A DNA stretch of 62,986 bases, the filler included, from Octopus bimaculoides (Eukaryota), in NCBI RefSeq assembly GCF_001194135.2. It is 5 parts of 5 records of this genome, joined end to end, with 100 filler letters (N's around TTAATTAATTAA, not from the genome) between each part and the next. Parts side by side here need not be neighbours in the genome. Positions count along the whole stretch, not along the records: positions 1 to 14,688 come from NC_069000.1; 4 more parts are not named here. The stretch is one strand, 5' to 3'. Below, one piece after another: positions 1-10,091 of the stretch. Made by a program: the position numbers and the translations under genes. Numbering within the stretch: the first letter of the stretch is position 1; every line of letters begins with the position of its first letter. The notes beneath the pieces are model-generated. The model ran no database searches, was not told the DNA's origin, and saw nothing but the letters and a program-made list of their open reading frames with translations.

Positions 1-187
1 TGCATAACACAAAGTGTGACAAGGCTGGCCCTTTGAAATACAGGTAGAACAGAAACAGGAAGAAAGAGTGTGAGAAAGTTGTGGTGTAAGAATACAGCAG
101 GATTCGCCACCACCCTCTGCTGGAGCCTTGAGGGGCTTTAGGTGTTTTCGCTCAATAAACACAACACCCAGTCTGGGGCATTGCACC
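1..187 (-). mobile_element. SINE-like repeat fragment (truncated by window start)
   Basis: End of segment (aacacaacacccagtctggggcattgcacc) resembles the reverse-oriented head/CORE region of the SINE at 41820-42052; otherwise recognition of a common octopus-type repeat only. Confidence 0.4.
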
Positions 188-409
188 TCCATATGTATGT
201 ATGTATATATATATATCATAGAAATATGTTACAAAAAGAGAATAGAAACTACACGTGGAAATGTAAGGGGAAAGTAAGAAGAAAAATAAACGAAAATGCA
301 CATTGGAAATCAAAAAGAGTAAAGGCTTTTTATGAAGAGTAATGATAGATATATACAATTAGATGAACTGAAGTAGGAATAAAAGTCATTATTGTGAAAT
401 GATAAAGAG

Positions 410-459
410 ATTCAAAAGCATACTGGTTTCGTAATGTAACTAATCATTGCTTTGAATGC
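410..459 (-). ncRNA. Type I minimal hammerhead-like motif, A3-U8 core variant (left arm)
   Basis: Minus strand reads gcattcaaagca-ATGATTA-gttacattac-GAAAC-CA-GTA-tgcttttgaat: helix I caaagca/tgcttttg, helix II GU/AC, helix III palindrome broken (ACCAGT). Confidence 0.5.
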
Positions 460-697
460 ACACCGATTACTGAACGGTGTCAGTTCTACTAGTGCCTGAG
501 TAAAAAGATTATGTGTAAGGGAGGTAAGTAGTTCTGGATTTAGCACAATTAGGGTAGATATAGAACTATAATGTGCATAGTGTATGGGATGTATGGGGGT
601 TGTTGGTATTGCACCAAATCCAGAACTACTTACCTCCCTTACACATAATCTTTTTACTCAGGGTCTAGTAGAACTGACACCGTTCAGTAATCGGTAT

Positions 698-747
698 GCA
701 TTCAAAGCAATGATTAGTTACATTTCGAAACCGGTATGCTTTTGAAT
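698..747 (+). ncRNA. Type I minimal hammerhead-like motif, A3-U8 core variant (right arm)
   Basis: attc-aaagca ATGATTA g-ttacattt-c GAAA CCGG TA tgcttt-tgaat: 6-bp helix I plus 4 bp after a bulge, G10.1-C11.1, GAAA, palindromic ACCGGT helix III, GUA cleavage triplet at 734-736. Confidence 0.6.
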
Positions 748-892
748 CTCTTTAACAATTCACAATAAGGACTTTTATTCCTACCTCAGTTCATCTAATT
801 GTATATATCTATCGTTACTCTTCATGAAATGCCTTTACTTTTTTTGATTTCCAATGTGCATTTTCGCTTATTTTTCTTCCTACTTTCCCCCT

Positions 893-904
893 ATACACAC
901 ACAC

Positions 905-949
<45 letters not shown>

Positions 950-1059
950 CACATACATAAATATATATATATATAAATAGATATATATATATACACATAC
1001 ATAAATATATATATATATATATATGTGTATGTACATATATATATATATGTATGTATATA

Positions 1060-1155
<96 letters not shown>

Positions 1156-1295
1156 TGTATATATATATGTATACATATATGTATGCGTGTGTGTATATAT
1201 ATATGATATATATATATATGCATATATATGATATATAATGTGTATATATATATATGTGTGTGTGTGTGTATGTACACTCATGCATACACACACAC
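893..1295. repeat. Compound (CA)n/(TA)n/(TG)n microsatellite
   Basis: Directly visible. Confidence 0.97.
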
Positions 1296-1448
1296 ATATA
1301 ATTTGTCATCATGTGCATTAAATAGAGAGATAAAGTTAGGCAGACTAACATAAATAAATACCTCATAAAAAGAACGCCAGCAGTTTGTGATAACCAGACA
1401 GACTGGCAGCAGATAGGCATCAAAATCAGAGATAAGATAAATGCACGC

Positions 1449-1452
1449 ACAC

Positions 1453-1483
<31 letters not shown>

Positions 1484-1484
1484 A

Positions 1485-1564
<80 letters not shown>

Positions 1565-1575
1565 CACACACACTG
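1449..1575. repeat. (CA)n microsatellite
   Basis: Directly visible. Confidence 0.97.
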
Positions 1576-2009
1576 GCACACATGTGTATGGAGAAAACGA
1601 ACTTGCTAAAATCAGAGAATCAATCTGTATAAAAATAATATAGTTAATTGTGAGCTGGTGAAGATAAAAGACAAAATTGTTTGCAAATGCGAATGTTGTT
1701 TATTTGTGGAAGTGAAAGTGTACATTAATAAATGTTTAGTTCAGAAGGTATCAATTAGATATACAGTTACAGAAATTGAAACAAACATCATTTTTGTGTA
1801 ATTGACTTCATATAAATTCATCCAGGTATATTGGTAAAGTGCTCGTTTTTATGGTATACCTACCTACCTACCTACCTTAATATATATATATACATACATA
1901 CGTACCTGTGCATATCTATGAATATATATATGTGTATGCATATATGGGCATATATTTATGTATATAATGTTTTTCTCACTTGATAGTTGTACATATCTCA
2001 ATACACACA

Positions 2010-2564
2010 CACACATGGAAGCAATGACTGCTTCATGGAGGCAACAACTAGCGACCAGGACATTTGGCGATATACTGTGCTTGCGAAGACCCATCAAGCC
2101 AAGTGAAATCATAGTTGTGGCCGTTGTTGGTGTCATGTAACAGGCAGCCATGCTGGTGGCATGTAAAAAGCACCTTTTGAGTGTTGGGCCTCACAGAGGC
2201 AATGTGACTGGTGTAAGTGTTGCAGAACTAGCAACTGTGCTGGTGGCACATAAAAAGTACCTTTTGAGTGATAGGGCCTCATGGAGGCCATGACAAATGA
2301 CTGAGACCTTTGGCAATATGCAGTGCTTGAGTAGGAAGATCCATCAAGCTGAGTGAAATCATAGTCATGGCAACCATGCTGGTGACATATAGAAGCATCC
2401 ATTACTCTCTCAGAGTGGTTGGCATTAGGAAGGGCAACCAGCTGTAGAAAACATGCCAAATCAGACTGGAATCTGGTGCAGCTCCTCAGCTTATTATCCC
2501 TGGTTAAACTGTCCGACCCATGCCAGCATGGATGACGGATGTTGAATGATAATAATGATGATGA
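2010..2564 (+). mobile_element. Modular SINE/LINE-tail-type retroposon ending in (GAT)n
   Basis: 3' region ttggcattaggaagggcaaccagctgtagaaa...ccgacccatgccagcatgg...gatgatg; internally duplicated modules; a tail fragment recurs near 62740-62780 (ccaatccatgccagcatggaa). Confidence 0.6.
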
Positions 2565-3596
2565 NNNNNNNNNNNNNNNNNNNNNNNNNNNNNNNNNNNN
2601 NNNNNNNNNNNNNNNNNNNNNNNNNNNNNNNNNNNNNNNNNNNNNNNNNNNNNNNNNNNNNNNNNNNNNNNNNNNNNNNNNNNNNNNNNNNNNNNNNNNN
2701 NNNNNNNNNNNNNNNNNNNNNNNNNNNNNNNNNNNNNNNNNNNNNNNNNNNNNNNNNNNNNNNNNNNNNNNNNNNNNNNNNNNNNNNNNNNNNNNNNNNN
2801 NNNNNNNNNNNNNNNNNNNNNNNNNNNNNNNNNNNNNNNNNNNNNNNNNNNNNNNNNNNNNNNNNNNNNNNNNNNNNNNNNNNNNNNNNNNNNNNNNNNN
2901 NNNNNNNNNNNNNNNNNNNNNNNNNNNNNNNNNNNNNNNNNNNNNNNNNNNNNNNNNNNNNNNNNNNNNNNNNNNNNNNNNNNNNNNNNNNNNNNNNNNN
3001 NNNNNNNNNNNNNNNNNNNNNNNNNNNNNNNNNNNNNNNNNNNNNNNNNNNNNNNNNNNNNNNNNNNNNNNNNNNNNNNNNNNNNNNNNNNNNNNNNNNN
3101 NNNNNNNNNNNNNNNNNNNNNNNNNNNNNNNNNNNNNNNNNNNNNNNNNNNNNNNNNNNNNNNNNNNNNNNNNNNNNNNNNNNNNNNNNNNNNNNNNNNN
3201 NNNNNNNNNNNNNNNNNNNNNNNNNNNNNNNNNNNNNNNNNNNNNNNNNNNNNNNNNNNNNNNNNNNNNNNNNNNNNNNNNNNNNNNNNNNNNNNNNNNN
3301 NNNNNNNNNNNNNNNNNNNNNNNNNNNNNNNNNNNNNNNNNNNNNNNNNNNNNNNNNNNNNNNNNNNNNNNNNNNNNNNNNNNNNNNNNNNNNNNNNNNN
3401 NNNNNTATATATATATATATATAGATATATATATATATATATATTTATATAATTGTCACTAAATATGATTAAGATGTTAGAACACCTACATTGCTAGAAA
3501 TAAGAGCTAAAAAGCTCTAATGCTGTAGTTAAAACATACTTCTATACATATGTACTGAAAAAAGCTGTAATCACCCAAAAGCACCAGCCGAGAATT

Positions 3597-3646
3597 TTCT
3601 ATACTGATCTGTCTGTTTCGGCAAATTCTGTAGCCTCATCAGTACA
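3597..3646 (-). ncRNA. Type I hammerhead ribozyme (canonical core, weak helix I)
   Basis: Minus strand: tgta CTGATGA ggc-tacagaattt-gcc GAAAC aga-caga-tca GTA taga; all core nucleotides present, one mismatch in helix III, only 2-3 bp of helix I. Confidence 0.6.
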
Positions 3647-3885
3647 TGTGTATACAATTATGTGCTTTAACTACGAGAGCTCTTTAGCTCCTATTTCTAG
3701 TAATGTAGGTGTTCTAACACCCTAGTCACATTTAATGACAATTATAGTTTTCCTTTTTGCACACTGCTGTCTCTATTAATTTTCTATATACACATTAGCA
3801 ATTTGCTAAATCATCCATAAATTTTTATGGTGAATACATATGTATTGATAGAGAATTAAGTCTGGAATCAGCCAAGTCAAGCAGT

Positions 3886-3936
3886 CCCTACTGATGAGGT
3901 TATGGAATTAGCCAAAACTGACTGATCAGTATAAGG
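3886..3936 (+). ncRNA. Type I hammerhead ribozyme (G12A, probably inactive)
   Basis: cccta CTGATGA ggtt-atggaatt-agcc aAAAC TGA-ctga-TCA GTA taagg: perfect 5-bp helix III, 4-bp helix II, helix I 4/5; catalytic G12 is A. Confidence 0.65.
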
Positions 3937-4041
3937 AATTCTCAACTGGTGTTTTATGATGATTACAGTCCCTGTCAGTACATATGTATGCAATTATGTT
4001 TTTTAACTACAACATAAGAGCTTTTTAGCTTTTATTTCTAA

Positions 4042-5396
4042 CTAGCAGAAATACCCGGCGTTGCCCGGGTTAAAGAGAATAATGAAATCTAAAAACGCCG
4101 TCTAGACTACGCATCATCTTTATATATAGAGATGTATATACACACATGCACCCAAACACACGTATATATATGTATATCAATATAAATATATGAAAGTCAA
4201 TGAAGTTTCATAAAAGAAGGTGATCATGTACATACTTTCTTGCTGTTGTGATTATAACACCTCATTGTAAACTATGTTCCTTGTTTTCCCTTGTGGAGCA
4301 TATACAAATAGGTTTTTTGTTGCTGCCCACTCTTGAGCAGCCAACATACAGTTGTCCATGTGAGAAGCAGGGCTCTTCCAAGAGAAGACCAGCTACAGAC
4401 AGTATTTGACCCTGATATTTGTTTNNNNNNNNNNNNNNNNNNNNNNNNNNNNNNNNNNNNNNNNNNNNNNNNNNNNNNNNNNNNNNNNNNNNNNNNNNNN
4501 NNNNNNNNNNNNNNNNNNNNNNNNNNNNNNNNNNNNNNNNNNNNNNNNNNNNNNNNNNNNNNNNNNNNNNNNNNNNNNNNNNNNNNNNNNNNNNNNNNNN
4601 NNNNNNNNNNNNNNNNNNNNNNNNNNNNNNNNNNNNNNNNNNNNNNNNNNNNNNNNNNNNNNNNNNNNNNNNNNNNNNNNNNNNNNNNNNNNNNNNNNNN
4701 NNNNNNNNNNNNNNNNNNNNNNNNNNNNNNNNNNNNNNNNNNNNNNNNNNNNNNNNNNNNNNNNNNNNNNNNNNNNNNNNNNNNNNNNNNNNNNNNNNNN
4801 NNNNNNNNNNNNNNNNNNNNNNNNNNNNNNNNNNNNNNNNNNNNNNNNNNNNNNNNNNNNNNNNNNNNNNNNNNNNNNNNNNNNNNNNNNNNNNNNNNNN
4901 NNNNNNNNNNNNNNNNNNNNNNNNNNNNNNNNNNNNNNNNNNNNNNNNNNNNNNNNNNNNNNNNNNNNNNNNNNNNNNNNNNNNNNNNNNNNNNNNNNNN
5001 NNNNNNNNNNNNNNNNNNNNNNNNNNNNNNNNNNNNNNNNNNNNNNNNNNNNNNNNNNNNNNNNNNNNNNNNNNNNNNNNNNNNNNNNNNNNNNNNNNNN
5101 NNNNNNNNNNNNNNNNNNNNNNNNNNNNNNNNNNNNNNNNNNNNNNNNNNNNNNNNNNNNNNNNNNNNNNNNNNNNNNNNNNNNNNNNNNNNNNNNNNNN
5201 NNNNNNNNNNNNNNNNNNNNNNNNNNNNNNNNNNNNNNNNNNNNNNNNNNNNNNNNNNNNNNNNNNNNNNNNNNNNNNNNNNNNNNNNNNNNNNNNNNNN
5301 NNACTAGAACACAACTGGAACCCTAAGTAAGGCATGTGTAAAATTTGAATGAAATTGGTTGCGTAGTTCTCGAGTTTTAGGGATTCACACAGACAA

Positions 5397-5431
<35 letters not shown>

Positions 5432-5457
5432 CACATTCTCATTTTTATATATATAGA
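4042..5457 (-). mobile_element. Helitron (both ends present; interior mostly assembly gap)
   Basis: Minus strand starts A|TCTATATATATAAAAATGAGAATGTGTGTCTGTCTG at 5457 and ends with hairpin acccgg..ccgggt (4053-4070) plus CTAG|T at 4042. Removing it rejoins the host repeat (ttcta-a|t-aatgcaggtg). Contains helicase C-terminus. Confidence 0.85.
4262..4424 (-). pseudogene. Helitron Rep/Hel PIF1-like helicase C-terminal remnant
   Basis: NKYQGQILSVAGLLLEEPCFSHGQLYVGCSRVG matches PIF1/Helitron motifs INKSQGQT...FSHGQLYVALSR. Confidence 0.85.
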
Positions 5458-5534
5458 TAATGCAGGTGTTTCTAGTATCCTAGTCATATTTAGTGACAAT
5501 TATAGTTTTTCTTTTTGGTAAAACATTGCACATT

Positions 5535-5920
5535 GCTGTGTTATAAGAAGCTTGCTTCCCAACCACATGGTTCTGGGTTCAGTCACATTGTATGGCACTT
5601 TAGGCAAGTGTTTTCTACTTTATCCTCAGGCCAACAAAAGCTTTGTGAGTAGATTTAGTAGACGGATACTGAAAGAAGTCCATCATATATATGTATATAT
5701 ATATGTATATTATGTATTTGTGTATCTGTTGTTTGTCCCCTCACCATCACTTCACAACCGATGTTGGTGTGTTTACGTCCCCGTAACTTAGCGGTTTGGC
5801 ATAAGAGACTGATAGAATAAGTACTAGGCTTACAAAGAATAAGTCTTGGGGTTGATTTGTTTGACTAAAGGTGGTACTCCAGCATGGCCACAGTCAAATG
5901 ACTAAAATGAGTAAAAGAAA
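5535..5920 (+). mobile_element. SINE family A (tRNA-like head, CORE-like block, internal microsatellite, CR1-like tail)
   Basis: ggcactttaggcaagtg CORE-like block; tail ggtggtactccagcatggccacagtcaaatgact; homologous to copies at 34445 and 60678. Confidence 0.85.
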
Positions 5921-6254
5921 GAATATGCATATGCAATTTTGTCACATCCTGTGATGCATCTGGACACATCATCAGCAGTGTTCTTGCAATCATGAGGTGT
6001 TTTGGGTCTTGCAGCATTAAAGCCTTCATCCAAGTTTCCCACCTGGAGTTGATCGGTCCTCAGCTTGTGACCAGTTAGCAGTACCTTTAATAGCACTGCC
6101 CATTCCAAATGTCATGCCTCATGACCCACAGCTATCTTTAGGCAAAACACATTACTTCCTCAGCCAACCCGATGGTGTTCTGCCACATATAGATTGATAG
6201 GTAGATACATAGACAGATTGATAAATACATACATACATACATACATACATGGTT

Positions 6255-6775
6255 TGCGACAGAGAAGAGAAACTGCACAGTTGCGGAAATTAGCTGCTCA
6301 GTGGATGTTAACATAAAGCTGAAGATCAGTGAAAAAGAGAACACCTATGCTGAACTATTGAGAAATCTGCAGTTACTCTATCCAGATTACAAGTTCAGGT
6401 TTATACCTGTAATTATTGGGGCCCTGGGATATGTAACACACTGCCTAAATATCAATCTTGACAAATTAGGCTTCTCTAAATCAGAAAGGAGAAAGCTAAT
6501 TCGAAGACTACAGATCCAATCCATCACCAGAACTGTAAAAATTTGTAAAACTTCCCAGAAGTTTATCATTTAAATATATATGAGCATGTCTATATATGAA
6601 ACTATATGCACGAGAATATATACATAAAACATACACATCTGCACATACATACATACATACATACAAAAATACCCTGTTGTTGATGTTGAAATTCTAATGA
6701 AGGAGCCTTGGATCTAGGTTAGAAACTGATTCTTTCTCTATTGGCAAGAAATCTTGAAATAAACTGAATAATGAC
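6255..6775 (+). mobile_element. R4/Dong-clade non-LTR retrotransposon, 5'-truncated 3' fragment (RLE C-terminus plus 3' UTR)
   Basis: CTVAEISCSVDVNIKLKISEKENTY...FIPVIIGALGYV...KICK matches the restriction-like endonuclease C-terminus of R4/Dong/NeSL ORFs. Confidence 0.72.
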
Positions 6776-6860
6776 ACACATACATGCATACATATAAAAA
6801 TAAATTAATACAAACATCTAGGTGCAATATAATACAATAAAGGAAGAATTTTATCATTAT

Positions 6861-7412
6861 CAATTGTAACTGAGGGTGCTGAAGCTCCTATATTGCAAGA
6901 AATAAGAGTTAAAAACTCTCAATATTGTAAGAAGTGTGCATTATATACACACTGACATGAGAGATAACCACTCCATGAGCATCTAGGATCAATAGACTAA
7001 ACTAGTTTTGCCTCTCAGCCATAGGCTCTGTCTTGCAATATAGTGCTTCGGCACCATCAGTCACAATTAGTGACAATGAAATTTTTCCTTTATGGTATTA
7101 TATTGTGCCTAGCTGTTTATATGGATTTTTAATATATGCATTAGCATTTTACTAAATCAGCCATAAATTTTTATGGTAAAAATATATACACTGGCAGTTT
7201 GATTTAGCCAAACCATCAAGTGTTACGGCTGACGAGTCTATGACTGATAGGTGAAACTAGTCTAGTCTAGTGATCCTAGAGACGGCCATAAGATAGTTAT
7301 CTCCCTTGTCAGTGTGTATATATTTTGCATGTTGCACAATATTAAGTGTTTTCAAGTCTTATTTTTTGCAATGTGGGTGCTTCAGTACCCTCAGTCACAA
7401 TTAGAGACAATA
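6861..7412. repeat. Second locus of the ~335-bp HHR-bearing repeat (inverted partial plus tandem copies)
   Basis: cagtcacaattag recurs at 7058 and 7392 (334-bp period); 6861-6958 is inverted to 7309-7402; ctaaatca.ccataaatttttatggt shared with 3805-3830. Confidence 0.82.
7224..7272 (+). ncRNA. Degenerate hammerhead motif
   Basis: CTGACGA gtct-atgactgat-aggt GAAAC tagtcta GTC; core intact but G10.1 faces U and helix I is poorly paired. Confidence 0.4.
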
Positions 7413-7420
7413 GAATTTTC

Positions 7421-7454
<34 letters not shown>

Positions 7455-8504
7455 NNNNNNNNNNNNNNNNNNNNNNNNNNNNNNNNNNNNNNNNNNNNNN
7501 NNNNNNNNNNNNNNNNNNNNNNNNNNNNNNNNNNNNNNNNNNNNNNNNNNNNNNNNNNNNNNNNNNNNNNNNNNNNNNNNNNNNNNNNNNNNNNNNNNNN
7601 NNNNNNNNNNNNNNNNNNNNNNNNNNNNNNNNNNNNNNNNNNNNNNNNNNNNNNNNNNNNNNNNNNNNNNNNNNNNNNNNNNNNNNNNNNNNNNNNNNNN
7701 NNNNNNNNNNNNNNNNNNNNNNNNNNNNNNNNNNNNNNNNNNNNNNNNNNNNNNNNNNNNNNNNNNNNNNNNNNNNNNNNNNNNNNNNNNNNNNNNNNNN
7801 NNNNNNNNNNNNNNNNNNNNNNNNNNNNNNNNNNNNNNNNNNNNNNNNNNNNNNNNNNNNNNNNNNNNNNNNNNNNNNNNNNNNNNNNNNNNNNNNNNNN
7901 NNNNNNNNNNNNNNNNNNNNNNNNNNNNNNNNNNNNNNNNNNNNNNNNNNNNNNNNNNNNNNNNNNNNNNNNNNNNNNNNNNNNNNNNNNNNNNNNNNNN
8001 NNNNNNNNNNNNNNNNNNNNNNNNNNNNNNNNNNNNNNNNNNNNNNNNNNNNNNNNNNNNNNNNNNNNNNNNNNNNNNNNNNNNNNNNNNNNNNNNNNNN
8101 NNNNNNNNNNNNNNNNNNNNNNNNNNNNNNNNNNNNNNNNNNNNNNNNNNNNNCCATGACTCTTGTTAATTGTATTATAATAGGTAACAGAGGTAACTGC
8201 CACAAAGTTTTGGTATCAAATTCGAAAGTTTTGGCCAGTTTCCTAACAGAATATCACGTTTATTATTATAGGGTAAGGGAGGTAACTTTTGTAAACAGTT
8301 TGAAACCTCTCATGGTCGCCTCACCTGCTAGAAATAGCAGCCCAAATGCTCTTACATCAGATCCCAGAGCTGGATGTTCAAGAACCAAATGAATGCTAGA
8401 TTTTCAATCCCAGGATCACCCTTGTTCCAAAAAGGTATAATATTTTAATGTAGAGCAAATGCAGACTGAGATACAGGGGTCCTGGACAGACAAGATATCA
8501 CTTT

Positions 8505-8538
<34 letters not shown>

Positions 8539-8562
8539 TGTATGTATGCATGCATGTATGTA

Positions 8563-8981
8563 TAAGGTTTGATCAAAAAGTATTGGGAGTGATGCTATAA
8601 AAAATAAATTACAACATATATCAATTCGGCATTTAAACCCCTTTGAAGTAGCTCCCTTTTGAAGCCACACACTTTATCCAACACCGTTTCCATTGATGGA
8701 AGCATTCCTGGGACTCCCTATTTGGGATAGCAAGCAGCTGTTTCATCACATTGTCTTGGGTTTTCTCGACATCTTGAAATGTTGTTCCTTTCAAGAGGGA
8801 TACCTTTCAAGCCTTGCTTTTGGTGTCAGCCATAAATCCTCATTTCATCATCTGTTATGGGCATTTTCAAAAAGTTTTCATCTTCCTCGACACAATCAAG
8901 GGGATCCTGTGCAGCCGAAACCTAAACTTCTTTTTGAGACAACCATGCTCTATACGCAAGAGAGGTAAGCCCTGTTCATTG
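8563..8981 (-). mobile_element. Mariner DNA transposon remnant (3' TIR end, internally deleted transposase)
   Basis: TA|taaggtttgatcaaaaagtattggga TIR-like end; minus-strand peptides DENFLKMPITDDE and QECFHQWKRCWIKCVASKGSYF match mariner FLxxIITGDE and C-terminal WxKCV...YFE motifs. Confidence 0.75.
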
Positions 8982-9730
8982 NNNNNNNNNNNNNNNNNNN
9001 NNNNNNNNNNNNNNNNNNNNNNNNNNNNNNNNNNNNNNNNNNNNNNNNNNNNNNNNNNNNNNNNNNNNNNNNNNNNNNNNNNNNNNNNNNNNNNNNNNNN
9101 NNNNNNNNNNNNNNNNNNNNNNNNNNNNNNNNNNNNNNNNNNNNNNNNNNNNNNNNNNNNNNNNNNNNNNNNNNNNNNNNNNNNNNNNNNNNNNNNNNNN
9201 NNNNNNNNNNNNNNNNNNNNNNNNNNNNNNNNNNNNNNNNNNNNNNNNNNNNNNNNNNNNNNNNNNNNNNNNNNNNNNNNNNNNNNNNNNNNNNNNNNNN
9301 NNNNNNNNNNNNNNNNNNNNNNNNNNNNNNNNNNNNNNNNNNNNNNNNNNNNNNNNNNNNNNNNNNNNNNNNNNNNNNNNNNNNNNNNNNNNNNNNNNNN
9401 NNNNNNNNNNNNNNNNNNNNNNNNNNNNNNNNNNNNNNNNNNNNNNNNNNNNNNNNNNNNNNNNNNNNNNNNNNTTGCACATGCAAGCCCTTTCGACCCC
9501 TCCATCATCTAACCCCCCCCCCTGGCGCATGGGTTGGGAGCCCTTCCGGCAAGGAAAATAGAATGCCCAAAAGGACTCCCGATCCTCTGTGTTAGAAGAA
9601 GTTTTGTTCAGATCACAACTAAGCCTTAATCTAAGCCTAAGCTAATCTAGCGAAAGGGGACTCGGGAGCCTCTAAAAGGCAGCAACTAATACCGATCTTG
9701 TCCTACCCTTGCTAAGGGGTACTATCGGTC

Positions 9731-9915
9731 AAGGCTGCATTGAAGATCTGCTTTGGAGAAGGTTGCATCGAAGGCATGCATTGGATAAGGATGCATCAAA
9801 GATTTGCATTGGAGATCTACAGTGAAGAAGGTTGACTCAAAGATTTGGATTTGATAAGGTTGCATTAGAGATCTGCATTGGAGAAGGTTGATTCGAAGGT
9901 TTGCATTGGGGATCT
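9731..9915. repeat. 28-bp tandem repeat (~6.5 units) built from two ~14-bp subunits
   Basis: Units such as aaggttgcattagagatctgcattggag start at 9731, 9759, 9787, 9828, 9856, 9884. Confidence 0.85.
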
Positions 9916-10091
9916 AAATTGGAATAACTTAGGAAAACTTACCAACAGCCTTAACAAAANNNNNNNNNNGGATCTAAATTGGAATAACTTAGGAAAACTT
10001 ACCAACAGCCTTAACAAAAAAAAGAGGGGCCTGGCCCTTCTAGCCTAACTCTATGAGAAACTTGGCCAAGCACTGATACCGGTAAAGTGAG

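Larger units (their letters stand above)
266..891. repeat. Long imperfect inverted repeat (arms ~266-549 and ~608-891, ~58-bp spacer); PLE pseudo-LTR-like foldback
   Basis: Arms align directly as reverse complements (ggggaaagtaagaag...gtagttctggattt vs aaatccagaactac...cttcctactttcccc) with scattered substitutions; each arm contains a hammerhead-like fold. Confidence 0.95.
3449..4041. repeat. HHR-bearing ~337-bp repeat array: one inverted partial copy plus tandem direct copies (continues at 5458-5520 after Helitron)
   Basis: cagtaca...gagct..ttagct..tatttcta..aatg.aggtgttcta..ctagtca.attta.tgacaatt recurs at 3640 and 3977 (337-bp period); 3449-3642 is the reverse complement of the unit. Confidence 0.88.

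Noticed and set aside
815-1632. Long ORFs rich in YI/CV/HT dipeptides (also 14.8-16.4, 23.9-24.2, 45.2-45.8 and 58.9-59.6 kb)
   Set aside because: Translations of (TA)n/(CA)n microsatellites, which lack stop codons; no domain content.
9731-9915. Regularly spaced ~28-bp repeats as a CRISPR array
   Set aside because: No unique spacers, eukaryotic context and no cas genes.
9910-10019. 50-bp direct repeat around a 10-N gap
   Set aside because: Exact copy on either side of a minimal gap, typical of an unmerged contig overlap.
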